Assembly (NCBI GenBank): GCA_036263155.1
Contig: DATAHN010000110.1
Span: 520-64,519, forward strand
Source of the DNA: Gammaproteobacteria bacterium
Lineage (GTDB): Bacteria; Pseudomonadota; Gammaproteobacteria; Natronospirales; REEB76
Length of the DNA: 64,000 bases
Reading direction: 5' to 3'
Below, piece after piece: positions 1 to 9,570 of this stretch. A program made the translations under genes and the position numbers. Position 1 is the stretch's first letter; each line of letters opens with the position of its first letter. The notes under the pieces are model-generated. The model was given only the letters and a program-made list of their open reading frames with translations, made no database searches and was not told the origin of the DNA.

Positions 1-3
1 ATC

Positions 4-27
4 ACTGTTATACTTGGCTATAACAGT
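4..27. promoter_or_regulatory. Perfect inverted repeat ACTGTTATA-N6-TATAACAGT; candidate repressor operator upstream of the efflux operon
   Basis: Read directly: 4-12 ACTGTTATA and 19-27 TATAACAGT are exact reverse complements. AT-rich in a GC-rich background, 30 nt upstream of the adaptor gene start. Confidence 0.5.
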
Positions 28-56
28 ACCTTACTCCTGGCCCTCCAACCGAAACA

Positions 57-1187
57 ATGACCCCGGGGCACACCATGAACCGCCAAACCCTCGCTCCCCT
101 GTCCCTCCTCCTCGTCCTGGCCGGCTCCCTGAGCCTGTCCGCCTGTGGCGGCAGCGCCGCCCAGGCCCAGGAAGCCCCCAAGGCCGATACCACCCCGGCG
201 ATCCCGGTGGAGGCGGCGGTGGCCCAGCGCGGCGAGGTGGCGGCCACCTACTCCGGCACCACTACCCTTGAGGCGGACCAGGAAGCCGCGGTGGTGGCCA
301 AGGTCGGCGGCACCGTGGCCGAGATCTACGCCGAGGAAGGGCGCGCGGTGCGCGCCGGCGACGCGCTCGCCAAGCTCGACGACGCCGAGCTGCGCTACGC
401 CGCCGAGCAGGCCCAGGCCAACTACGAGAAGAAGCAGCAGGAGTTCGCCCGCAGCCAGACACTGTTCGACCGCAAGCTCATCAGCGCCGACGCCTTCGAC
501 ACCGTGAAGTACGACCTCGCGGTGCTCAAGGCCAGCTACGACATCGCCAAGCTCAACCTGGACCGCACCACCATCCGCTCGCCCATCGACGGCGTGGTGG
601 CCCGGCGCCTGATCAAGGTCGGCAACACCCTCACCCCGAACCAGCAGGTGTACGTGGTCACCGACTTCGACCCGCTGCTGGCGGTGCTGTACGTGCCGGA
701 GAACGCGCTGGCCCGCCTCAGGCCTGGCCAGCCCGCGGCGATCTCCGCCGACGCGCTCGCCGGCAAGAGCTTCACTGGCCGCGTGGCGCGCCTCTCGCCG
801 GTGGTGGACCCGCAGACCGGCACCTTCAAGGTGACGGTGGAGGTCCACCGCAACGACCGCGCGCTGGCGCCCGGCATGTTCAGCCGCGTGAGCGTGACCT
901 ACGACGTGCACAAGAACGCGCTCACGGTGCCGCGCACCGCCATCCTCACCGAGGACGGCGAGTCGGCGGTGTACACGGTGAAGGACGGCGTCGCGCACCG
1001 CGTGGCGGTGGCGCTGGGTTACGCCGACGGGGACAAGGTGGAGATCACCCGCGGCCTCGCCAACGGCGACATGGTGGTGACGCTGGGCCAGAACAGCCTC
1101 AAGGACGGCACCAAGGTGGCGATCGTGAACAACACGCCGCAGAAGGCCGTCGCGGCCCAGGCGCAGAAGCCGGCGCCCTCGGTCTGA
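57..1187 (+). CDS. RND efflux periplasmic adaptor (membrane fusion protein, HlyD family) lipoprotein
   Basis: 376-aa ORF. Lipoprotein-type signal ending LSLSAC. Adaptor-like layout (hairpin region with AELRYAAEQAQANYEKKQQEF, RSPIDGVV motif). Lies upstream of two RND permeases. Confidence 0.9.
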   Translation: MTPGHTMNRQTLAPLSLLLVLAGSLSLSACGGSAAQAQEAPKADTTPAIPVEAAVAQRGEVAATYSGTTTLEADQEAAVVAKVGGTVAEIYAEEGRAVRAGDALAKLDDAELRYAAEQAQANYEKKQQEFARSQTLFDRKLISADAFDTVKYDLAVLKASYDIAKLNLDRTTIRSPIDGVVARRLIKVGNTLTPNQQVYVVTDFDPLLAVLYVPENALARLRPGQPAAISADALAGKSFTGRVARLSPVVDPQTGTFKVTVEVHRNDRALAPGMFSRVSVTYDVHKNALTVPRTAILTEDGESAVYTVKDGVAHRVAVALGYADGDKVEITRGLANGDMVVTLGQNSLKDGTKVAIVNNTPQKAVAAQAQKPAPSV

Positions 1188-1220
1188 CACACACCTATAT
1201 ATAAGTTCGGGGGATCCCAC

Positions 1221-1778
1221 ATGAAGACGCAACCGCTGACCCTGGCCGCGCTGCTCGCCCTCGCCTGCCTCGCCGCCCCGGCGGCCCAGGCGGACGTGCG
1301 CCTCGACTCCGGGAGACATCACCACACCGGCGTGCGCCTGGACGGCGATGACGTGCTGATCCGCGCCCAGGACCGCAGCGAAGCCCGCATCACGCCCGCC
1401 GGCGACCTGTACATAGGGGACCGGCAGGTCGGCGTCACCGCCCCGCAGCGCAAGCTGCTGGTGCAGTACAACGCCGGCATCCACGACATCGAGCACCGGG
1501 GCCTGGAGATCGGCAGGAGCGCCATCACCCTGGTGGGCGGCATCATCGGCCCGCTGGTGACGGCGGCCCTCGCCGGCGAGGACGACGATGAGATCGAGGC
1601 GCGCGCCCGCGCCAGCGCGGAACCGCTCAAGCAGCAGGGCCGCGAGCTGTGCAAGGTGGCGAAGGCCGAGTACCGCCTGCAGGAACAGATCGCCGAGCAG
1701 CTGCCCGCGTTCCGCCCCTACACGGTGATGGACAACGATTCCGACGACGACTGCCACATCGACGACGACGAGGTATAA
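1221..1778 (+). CDS. Secreted acidic protein of unknown function (possibly DUF2884/YggN-like; not verified)
   Basis: 185-aa ORF with high third-position GC. Sec signal MKTQPLTLAALLALACLAAPAAQA. Very acidic C-terminus DNDSDDDCHIDDDEV. Stop lies 3 nt before the next gene's GTG. Confidence 0.75.
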   Translation: MKTQPLTLAALLALACLAAPAAQADVRLDSGRHHHTGVRLDGDDVLIRAQDRSEARITPAGDLYIGDRQVGVTAPQRKLLVQYNAGIHDIEHRGLEIGRSAITLVGGIIGPLVTAALAGEDDDEIEARARASAEPLKQQGRELCKVAKAEYRLQEQIAEQLPAFRPYTVMDNDSDDDCHIDDDEV

Positions 1779-1781
1779 GCT

Positions 1782-4700
1782 GTGCAGAACCCCAAAGTCC
1801 TCGGCATCGTCAGGCTCGCCACCGGGCGCCGCGTCACCATCGGCATGCTCACCCTCGCGGTGATCGTGTTCGGCTTCGTCTCGCTCGCGCGCCTCAAGCT
1901 GAACCTGCTGCCGGAGCTCTCCTACCCCTCCCTCACGGTGCGCACCGAGTTGCCGGGCGCCGCCCCCGAGGAGGTGGAGAACCTGGTCACCAAGCCCATC
2001 GAGGAGGCGGTCAGCGTCATCAAGAACGTGCGCCAGGTGCGCTCGGTCTCCCGACCCGGCGAGTCGGACGTGACCCTGGAGTTCACCTGGGGCACGGACA
2101 TGGACTACTCGGGCGTGGACGTGCGCGAGAAGATCGACGCGCTGGAGCTGCCCACCGAGTCCAAGCGCCCGGTGCTGCTGCGCTTCGATCCCTCCACCGA
2201 GCCCGTGATGCGCTTCGGCCTCACCGGCACGCGCAAGGACATGCAGGCCGTCGGCGCCGACGCCGCGGTGCAGCAGCTGCGCTACCTGCGCACCTATGCC
2301 GACCAGGACCTGACCAAGGCCCTGGAGGCGGTGGACGGCGTGGGCGCCGTGAAGGTGAGCGGCGGCCTGGAGGACGAGATCCACGTGCTGGCCGACCAGG
2401 GCAAGCTCGCGGAGCTGCACCTCAGCAACGCCGAGGTGGGCGAGCGCCTCAAGGCCGAGAACGTGAACCTCTCCGGCGGCCTGCTGCAGCAGGGCAACCA
2501 GAAGCTCCTGGTGCGCACGGTCAACGAGTTCCAGAGCGTGGGCGACATCGCCGACGCCATCGTCGCCACCCGCGACGGCCGCCCCATCTACCTGCGGGAC
2601 GTGGCCCAGGTCGAGCGCTCCTACAAGGAGCGCCAGGCCATCACCCGCATCAACGGATCCGAGTCGGTGGAGCTGGCGCTCTACAAGACCGGCGACGCCA
2701 ACACCGTGGCGGTGGCCAAGCAGGTGGACGCCAAGATCGAGGAGCTGAACCAGCACCTGCCGGGGGGCCTCAAGCTCACCAAGGAGTACGACCAGGCGGT
2801 GTTCATCTCGGACGCCATCAGCGACGTGATCAATGCCGCCATCATCGGCGGCTTCCTGGCGGCGCTGGTGATCTTCTTCTTCCTGCGCAACGTGTGGTCC
2901 ACGGTGATCGTGAGCATCGCGATCCCGGTATCCGTGATCGCGACGTTCATCGCCATGTACGCCGGACACATCACCCTCAACATGATGTCGCTGGGCGGCA
3001 TCTCGCTGGCCATCGGCATGCTGGTGGACAGCTCCATCGTGGTGCTGGAGAACATCTCCCGCCACCGCGCCATGGGCAAGGACACGGTCGAAGCGGTGCA
3101 GCACGGCACCAGCGAGGTGGGCGGCGCCATCACCGCCGCCACCCTGACCACCATCGGCGTGTTCTTCCCGCTGGTGTTCGTGACCGGCATCGCCGGGCAG
3201 CTGTTCCGCGACCAGTCCCTGACCGTGACCTACTCGGTGGTGTTCTCGCTGTTCGCCGCGCTCACGCTGATCCCCATGCTGGCGTGCCTGGGCGTCACCG
3301 ACGCCGGCAAGCTCAAGGTGGAAGGCACCGGCGAGGACCGCCCGCGCGCGTTACCTGAGGGCCGCGTCACGCGGTTCCTCTATCACATCCCGCGCGGCCT
3401 CTCGACGGGCATCACCTTCGCCGCCAAGTGGATCGTGCTGGGTTTCGGCGGCCTGTCGAAGCTGATGGCGTTCACGGTGGGCCGCCCGCTGCGCCCGGTG
3501 TTCAACGCCTTCACCCGCGGCTACGGCCGGCTCGAGGACGGCTACCCGCGCCTCATCCGCTGGGCGCTCGGCCACAAGCTGCAGGTGCTGGGCGTCGCCG
3601 CCGGCTCGCTGGTGGTGGCACTGGCGCTGCTGCCCACCCTCGGCGTCGAGCTGATCCCGCAGCTCTCCCAGGGTGAGTTCCAGGTGAAGCTCACGCTGCC
3701 GCCGGGCACGCCGCTCGCAAGCAGCGACCAGGCCCTCGCGAGCCTGCAGGAGGCCGCCGCCAAGCTGCCGGAGGTGCTGACCACCTACTCCGTGGCCGGT
3801 ACCGGTAACCGCCTGGACGCGAACCCGGTGGACGCCGGCGAGAACACCGCCAGCCTCAACGTGGTGCTGAAGCCCGGCAGCGGCAAGCGCGCCGAGACCG
3901 CCGTGATGAACGCGCTGCGCGAGACGCTCTCGCGCATGCCCGGCGTCAACTACAAGTTCGAGGAGCCTTCGCTGTTCACCCTGGCGACGCCGCTGGAGGT
4001 GGAGATCGTGGGCTACAACCTGGACACCCTGAAGCTCGTGAGCAACGAGGTGGTGCAGGCGCTCGCCGCCTCGCCCCGCTTCGCCGACGTGAAGAGCACC
4101 ATGCAGTCCGGCCAGCCGGAGATCCAGATCCACATCGACGCGGCCAAGAGCGCCCAACTCGGGCTCCTGACCAGCGACGTGGCGGACACGGTGGTCTCCA
4201 AGGTGCGCGGCGACGTGGCCACCCGCTACACGCTGCATGACCGCAAGATCGACGTGCTGGTGCGCAACCGCGACGACCAGCGCGCGAGCCTGGACGACAT
4301 CCGCGGCCTCATCATCAACCCGGGCGCGGCCCAGGCGGTGCCGCTGGCGGCCGTGGCCGACGTGAGCCTGGACGAGGGCCCCGGCGAGATCCGCCGCACC
4401 GCGCAGCAGCGCGTGGCGCTGGTCTCCGCCAACATCGCCGAGGGCGACCTCGGCGGCGCGGCGGCGGAAGCCTCGGCCCTGGTGGCGAAGATCTCGCTGC
4501 CGGCGGGCGTGTACGTGCGGGTCACCGGCCAGAGCGAGGAGATGCAGAGCTCGTTCCGCTCCATGCAGTTCGCGCTGGTGCTGGCGATCTTCCTGGTCTA
4601 CCTGGTGATGGCGGCGCAGTTCGAGTCGCTGATCCACCCGCTGGTTATCATGTTCAGCGTGCCGCTGGCCCTGGTGGGCGCGGTGCTGGCGCTGTTCATC

Positions 4701-5090
4701 ACCCACACCACCATCAGCGTGGTGGTGTTCATCGGCCTCATCATGCTGGCGGGCATCGTGGTCAACAACGCCATCGTGCTCGTGGACCTCGTGAACCAGC
4801 TGCGCGCGCGCGGCATGGAGCGCGACCTGGCGCTGGTGGAGGCCGGCCGCTCGCGGCTGCGTCCCATCGTCATGACCATGCTCACCACCACCCTGGGCCT
4901 CCTGCCCATGGCGCTGGGCCTGGGCCAGGGCGCCGAGATCCGCGCTCCCATGGCGATCACAGTCATCGGCGGCATCCTGTTCTCCACCCTGCTGACCCTG
5001 GTGGTGGTGCCGGTGGCCTACTCGCTGCTGGACCGCAAGCCGATCCGCGTCCACGCGGATGACGCCGCGCACGAGGGCAGCCGACCGTGA
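1782..5090 (+). CDS. RND efflux permease (AcrB/MdtB-like), first of a tandem pair
   Basis: 1102-aa ORF with typical RND N-terminus (RRVTIGMLTLAVIVFG..LPELSYPSLTV) and 12-TM/large-loop layout. GTG start. Confidence 0.93.
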   Translation: MQNPKVLGIVRLATGRRVTIGMLTLAVIVFGFVSLARLKLNLLPELSYPSLTVRTELPGAAPEEVENLVTKPIEEAVSVIKNVRQVRSVSRPGESDVTLEFTWGTDMDYSGVDVREKIDALELPTESKRPVLLRFDPSTEPVMRFGLTGTRKDMQAVGADAAVQQLRYLRTYADQDLTKALEAVDGVGAVKVSGGLEDEIHVLADQGKLAELHLSNAEVGERLKAENVNLSGGLLQQGNQKLLVRTVNEFQSVGDIADAIVATRDGRPIYLRDVAQVERSYKERQAITRINGSESVELALYKTGDANTVAVAKQVDAKIEELNQHLPGGLKLTKEYDQAVFISDAISDVINAAIIGGFLAALVIFFFLRNVWSTVIVSIAIPVSVIATFIAMYAGHITLNMMSLGGISLAIGMLVDSSIVVLENISRHRAMGKDTVEAVQHGTSEVGGAITAATLTTIGVFFPLVFVTGIAGQLFRDQSLTVTYSVVFSLFAALTLIPMLACLGVTDAGKLKVEGTGEDRPRALPEGRVTRFLYHIPRGLSTGITFAAKWIVLGFGGLSKLMAFTVGRPLRPVFNAFTRGYGRLEDGYPRLIRWALGHKLQVLGVAAGSLVVALALLPTLGVELIPQLSQGEFQVKLTLPPGTPLASSDQALASLQEAAAKLPEVLTTYSVAGTGNRLDANPVDAGENTASLNVVLKPGSGKRAETAVMNALRETLSRMPGVNYKFEEPSLFTLATPLEVEIVGYNLDTLKLVSNEVVQALAASPRFADVKSTMQSGQPEIQIHIDAAKSAQLGLLTSDVADTVVSKVRGDVATRYTLHDRKIDVLVRNRDDQRASLDDIRGLIINPGAAQAVPLAAVADVSLDEGPGEIRRTAQQRVALVSANIAEGDLGGAAAEASALVAKISLPAGVYVRVTGQSEEMQSSFRSMQFALVLAIFLVYLVMAAQFESLIHPLVIMFSVPLALVGAVLALFITHTTISVVVFIGLIMLAGIVVNNAIVLVDLVNQLRARGMERDLALVEAGRSRLRPIVMTMLTTTLGLLPMALGLGQGAEIRAPMAITVIGGILFSTLLTLVVVPVAYSLLDRKPIRVHADDAAHEGSRP

Positions 5091-8000
5091 ACATCACCGA
5101 CTTCGCCCTCAAGCGCCCGGTCACCGTGATGGTGGTGTTCACCTGTTTCGCCGCGATCGGCGTGATCGCCTCGCGGCTGCTGCCGCTCGAGTACTTCCCG
5201 GACATCGAGTTCCCGTTCATCGCGGTGCAGGTGAATTACCAGGGTTCCAGCCCCGAGGAGGTGGAACGCCTCATCACCAAGCCCATCGAGGAGTCGCTCG
5301 GCACGCTCTCGGGCGTGAAGCGCATGACCTCCACCTCCGACGCCAACCAGGCCGAGGTGGACCTGCAGTTCGACTGGGGCGAGAACGTGGCGGTCAAGGA
5401 GGTGCAGGTGCTGGATAAGGTGGACGCGATCCGCGGCGAGCTGCCGGCGGACGTGCGCCACATCAACGTGCTGAAGCAGTCCGGCGCCGACGTGCCGATC
5501 CTGCAGCTGCGCCTGTCCAGCAACCGCGACCTCACCCACTCCTACGAACTGCTGAACCGGGTGCTCAAGGACCGGGTGCAGCGGGTGTCCGGCGTCTCGC
5601 ACGTGAACCTCTACGGCCTGGAGCCGCAGGAGGTGCGCATCGAGCTGCACGCGGACGCCATCGCCGCCCACCACGTGGACCTGAACCGGCTGAACACCAC
5701 CCTGCAGCGTGGCAACTTCACCCTGAGCGGCGGCACCATCACCGACGGCGGCGAGCGCCTGCTGGTGCAGGTGAACGACGAGTACCGCTCGCTCGACGAC
5801 ATCCGCCACCTGCGCATCGGCCAGGGCGACCTGCGCCTCGGCGACATCGCCGACGTGCAGTACGGCAACACCGAGCTCACCTACGGCCGCCACCTGGACC
5901 GCAAGTACGCCATCGGCCTGGACGTGTTCAAGGAGACCGGCTCCAACATGGTAGACGTGGGCCGGCGCGTGATCGCCGAGGTGGAGGAGATCGGCAAGCT
6001 GCCCGAGATGCAGGGCATCAACATGTTCTTCCTGGACAACCAGGCGGACGGCGTGAAGCAGTCGCTCACCAGCGTGCTGGACGCGGGCCTCCTGGGCGCC
6101 CTCTTCTCCCTGGTGGTGCTCTACTACTTCCTGCGGCAGGTCGCGACCACCTTCATGGTGACGCTGGCGGTGCCGTTCTCGCTGCTGATCGCGCTCGCGG
6201 TCATGTACTTCATGGGGCTCTCGCTCAACATCCTCTCGATGATGGGCCTGATGCTCGCCATCGGCATGCTGGTGGACAACGCGGTGGTGGTGACCGAGAG
6301 CATCTTCCGCCACCGCCAGATCCACCCGGGCGACTCGGCGGAGCAGGCGGCCAGGAGCGGCGCCCGCGAGGTGTCGCTGGCGGTCACCGCCGGCACGCTG
6401 GCCACCATCATCGTGTTCCTGCCCAACGTGTTCGGCGTGCAGACCGACGTGACCACGTTCCTGAAGCACGTGGCGATCGCCATCGTGGTGTCGCTGGTGG
6501 CCTCGCTGTTCATATCGCTGACCATGATGCCGATGCTCTCGGCGCGCATAAGGGCGCCGAAGCCGGCGAAGAAGCAGACCCTGGTGGAGCGCCTGAGCGC
6601 GCGCTATTCCACCCTGCTCGGCTGGTCGCTGACGCGCCGCTGGACCATGATCGGCGTGATCTTCCTGGTGATGGCCACCGCCGCGATACCGATCGCGCTG
6701 GTGAAGAAGGACTCCGGCGACAGCAACCCGACGCGCCTGTTCCTGCAGTACAACCTGAGCGGGCACTATGCCCTGGAGACGGTGGAGAGCGGCGTCAACC
6801 AGGTGGAGGCCTACCTGTTCGCGAACCAGCAGCGCTTCCAGTTCCGCTCCATCTACAGCTACTACGACAGCGGCCAGGCCCAGACCACCATCCTGCTGCG
6901 CGACGACCTCAAGGACCGCAAGAGCGCGAAGGAGCTGGAGGACGAGATCCGCCAGGGCCTGCCGAACCTGCCCATCGGCAAGCCTAGCTTCGACGACCAG
7001 TCCTCCGGCGGCGGCGTGCAGATGCAGCTCACCGGCGACTCCACCACCGTGCTGGAGGAGCGCGCCCACGAGGTGACCCGCATCCTGGCGCGCGTGCCCG
7101 GCGTGGTGGACGTGCGCGCCGACACCCTCGCGGGCACCAAGGAGGTGCACGTGCACGTGGACCGGGAACGGGCCCTGCGCGCGGGCCTGGACGTGGAGCG
7201 GGTGGCCGTCGCCATCATGGTGGCGCTGCGCGGCGAGCAGCTGCCGCAGTACCGCGCCTCCAGCGGCGAGGTCAACATCCGCCTGGCCTACCAGAAGAGC
7301 GACCGCGAGACCCTGGAACAGCTGCGCAACCTGCAGCTCTACAACGCGCAGGGACAGCCGGTGCGCCTGGACTCGGTGGTGGACTTCAGCGTGAGCGAGG
7401 GCCCCACCAGCATCGCCCACGTGAACCGCGCCGCCTCCCTGGGCATCACCCTCGGCCTCGGCCCCAAGGTGACCTTCGACGAGGTACGGCCGCGCATCAA
7501 GGAGATCATGGACAGCATCAACCTGCCGCCGGGTTACCAGTGGTCCTTCGGCCAGGGCGTGCAGAACGACGACGCCGACACCCAGACCATGATCACCAAC
7601 ATGATGCTGGCGGCGCTCATGATCTACATCGTGATGGCGGCGCTGTTCGAGTCGCTGCTGCACCCGGCCGCGATCCTCTCCGGCATCGTGTTCTCGATCT
7701 TCGGGGTGTTCTGGTTCTTCCTCATCACCGGCACCAGCTTCGGCATCATGGCCATGATCGGCATCCTGATCCTGATGGGCGTGGTGGTGAACAACGGCAT
7801 CGTGATGGTGGACCACATCAACCAGCTCAGGCGCGCCGGCCAATCGCGCTATTCCGCCGTGGTGCAGGGCGCCACGCACCGCCTGCGGCCGATCCTGATG
7901 ACCATGTCCACCACCATCCTGGGTCTCGTGCCCCTGGCGGTAGGCAATACCACCATCGGCGGCAACGGCCCGCCCTACTTCCCCATGGCGCGCGCCATCA

Positions 8001-8155
8001 TCGGCGGTCTCGCGTTCTCCACCGTGATCAGCCTCTTGGTGCTGCCGACCATCTACGTGCTGCTGGACGACCTGGGGCTATGGTCCACGAAGGTGCTGCG
8101 CCTCGCCCGGGAATGGAAGCTGCGCAAGAGCGCGCCGCTCGCCTCCGATGTCTGA
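5087..8155 (+). CDS. RND efflux permease (AcrB/MdtC-like), second of a tandem pair
   Basis: 1022-aa ORF. N-terminus ALKRPVTVMVVFTCFAAIGVIASRLLPLEYFPDIEFP is typical RND. Start overlaps the upstream stop (GTGA). Confidence 0.93.
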   Translation: MNITDFALKRPVTVMVVFTCFAAIGVIASRLLPLEYFPDIEFPFIAVQVNYQGSSPEEVERLITKPIEESLGTLSGVKRMTSTSDANQAEVDLQFDWGENVAVKEVQVLDKVDAIRGELPADVRHINVLKQSGADVPILQLRLSSNRDLTHSYELLNRVLKDRVQRVSGVSHVNLYGLEPQEVRIELHADAIAAHHVDLNRLNTTLQRGNFTLSGGTITDGGERLLVQVNDEYRSLDDIRHLRIGQGDLRLGDIADVQYGNTELTYGRHLDRKYAIGLDVFKETGSNMVDVGRRVIAEVEEIGKLPEMQGINMFFLDNQADGVKQSLTSVLDAGLLGALFSLVVLYYFLRQVATTFMVTLAVPFSLLIALAVMYFMGLSLNILSMMGLMLAIGMLVDNAVVVTESIFRHRQIHPGDSAEQAARSGAREVSLAVTAGTLATIIVFLPNVFGVQTDVTTFLKHVAIAIVVSLVASLFISLTMMPMLSARIRAPKPAKKQTLVERLSARYSTLLGWSLTRRWTMIGVIFLVMATAAIPIALVKKDSGDSNPTRLFLQYNLSGHYALETVESGVNQVEAYLFANQQRFQFRSIYSYYDSGQAQTTILLRDDLKDRKSAKELEDEIRQGLPNLPIGKPSFDDQSSGGGVQMQLTGDSTTVLEERAHEVTRILARVPGVVDVRADTLAGTKEVHVHVDRERALRAGLDVERVAVAIMVALRGEQLPQYRASSGEVNIRLAYQKSDRETLEQLRNLQLYNAQGQPVRLDSVVDFSVSEGPTSIAHVNRAASLGITLGLGPKVTFDEVRPRIKEIMDSINLPPGYQWSFGQGVQNDDADTQTMITNMMLAALMIYIVMAALFESLLHPAAILSGIVFSIFGVFWFFLITGTSFGIMAMIGILILMGVVVNNGIVMVDHINQLRRAGQSRYSAVVQGATHRLRPILMTMSTTILGLVPLAVGNTTIGGNGPPYFPMARAIIGGLAFSTVISLLVLPTIYVLLDDLGLWSTKVLRLAREWKLRKSAPLASDV

Positions 8156-8316
8156 ACCGCGCCACACGCCGGCGGACGGCCAGGAGTGCTGGTGCCTGCA
8201 GTGCGTGTTCAGGCGGATGGCGGAGCGTGATCCCGCGACTGCCGCAGGCCTGAGGCCGGCGCCGATCCCGGTGCCCGTGCGGCCGCCCCGGCCGGATCCC
8301 AAGCGCTGAAAAGCAC

Positions 8317-8338
8317 GAGGCCCGCGCGAGCGGGCCTC
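8317..8338. terminator. GC-rich hairpin between convergent genes (rho-independent terminator candidate)
   Basis: GAGGCCCGC-gcga-GCGGGCCTC. The minus-strand reading is followed by GTGCTTTTCAG. Sits between the RND stop (8155) and the minus-strand gene stop (8363). Confidence 0.6.
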
Positions 8339-8362
8339 TTCATATCGGTGCGACGGCGGGCT

Positions 8363-9475
8363 TCAGTCCACGTGGCCGCTGCCGAAGCCGATGTCGTTCC
8401 CGGCGGGCGCCTGCTCCTCGGCCTTGCCAGGGGTCTTGAGCACCAGCGTCTCCAGGTCCCAGTAGTTCAGGCGCAGCACGTTCACCGGGAGGGTCTTGGT
8501 GAGGGAATCGTCCAGGGTGGCGGCGTTCTGCGCGAACGGCAGCATGTAGTCCAGGGAGGATACCTCCGGCACGCTGTCCTGGTCCGAGGCGTAGGTGAGC
8601 TTCTGCCTGAGGTACTCAGCCCGGTGCTTGAGCTTCTCGGGCCTCTGGGTGTCGGTCCTGAGCTTCTGCACCACCTCCCAGATCTGGGCGCCGATCTTCA
8701 GGCACTCGTTGGCCCCGCCGAAGTGCACGTCCATCACCGGCTTGGTGCCGGCGCTGCGCGCCATGGCGGCGATCTCGTGCTCGGTGAAGTGCAGGTACAG
8801 GTACTGGGCCATGGCGATGAGCGCCACGTTGATGGCGCGGCGCGCCGGCACTCCGATGCCCAGGTAGTTGGGCACCGCCGCCTTCTTGATCTTGTCCAGC
8901 TTGGCGACGAGTTCCATGCGGCGCTTGTCGATGGGCGCGAGCTTGGCATAGGCCGTCTCGACATCCTCCATCAGCCGCTCACGCTTCTTCTTGTGCCAGA
9001 AGCGCTTGAGCTCGGTGATCTGCTGCTCCATCTGTGCGATGCCGGCGGCGATGGCCTGGCGGTCGCGGTCCAGGATCTCGATCAGGCGCTGGGTGTCCTT
9101 GACCTGGGCGGCGCGCTGCTGCTCGTAGGCCTCCATGTAGCGCTTGCGCTCCACCTGGTCCTGGCGCCCTGACAGCTCCTCAGCCAGGTTGCGTATCTGG
9201 TTGCGGCACAGGTCCCACACCGCGCGCATGCGGTAGTAGAGGATGGCGTTCTGCCCCTTCTCCGGGTCCATGAGCATCTTCTCGAGGACGGCGAGCTGGC
9301 GGGTGGCCTCCTCGGCGCGCTTGCCCAGGTCCACAACGTCGGTGCGCAGCACCGCGCGCTCCGCCTCCGCCTCGTCGAGCTTGCGCTTGAGGGTGTTGCG
9401 TTCCTGGAAGATCTGCACCAGGGAATGGTCGGCATGGCCGGGGGCCGGTGCCGGTTCGTTATCTCGCTTGGCCAC
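8363..9475 (-). CDS. Uncharacterised coiled-coil protein (about 370 aa)
   Basis: Long ORF with high GC3. Trimmed from the 445-aa track ORF to the first plausible start (GTG at 9475, GGAG about 12 nt upstream), because the upstream part overlaps the DUF1249 gene. The N-terminal half is heptad-like and charged (KRKLDEAEAERAVL, QMEQQITELKRFWHKKKRERL). I recognise no catalytic motif. Confidence 0.7.
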   Translation of the reverse strand: MAKRDNEPAPAPGHADHSLVQIFQERNTLKRKLDEAEAERAVLRTDVVDLGKRAEEATRQLAVLEKMLMDPEKGQNAILYYRMRAVWDLCRNQIRNLAEELSGRQDQVERKRYMEAYEQQRAAQVKDTQRLIEILDRDRQAIAAGIAQMEQQITELKRFWHKKKRERLMEDVETAYAKLAPIDKRRMELVAKLDKIKKAAVPNYLGIGVPARRAINVALIAMAQYLYLHFTEHEIAAMARSAGTKPVMDVHFGGANECLKIGAQIWEVVQKLRTDTQRPEKLKHRAEYLRQKLTYASDQDSVPEVSSLDYMLPFAQNAATLDDSLTKTLPVNVLRLNYWDLETLVLKTPGKAEEQAPAGNDIGFGSGHVD

Positions 9476-9570
9476 GGTCTTGGGTCGCTCCGGATGGGCG
9501 TGCGTCAGGGCAGGATAATCTTGCCATAACGGCGCATACCCGTGCGGGTTTACCGCCGGGATGGCGGCGG

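Noticed and set aside
18-3104. 1028-aa antisense ORF opposite the adaptor/RND genes. Similar giants occur at 5018..7879, 12488..14920, 40491..42635, 57020..60073 and 60058..61992.
   Set aside because: Each lies exactly opposite a gene with strong, recognisable homology. Their translations are low-complexity Arg/Ala/Gly/His/Leu/Val strings with no recognisable motifs. Long stop-free antisense frames are an expected artefact of high-GC codon bias.
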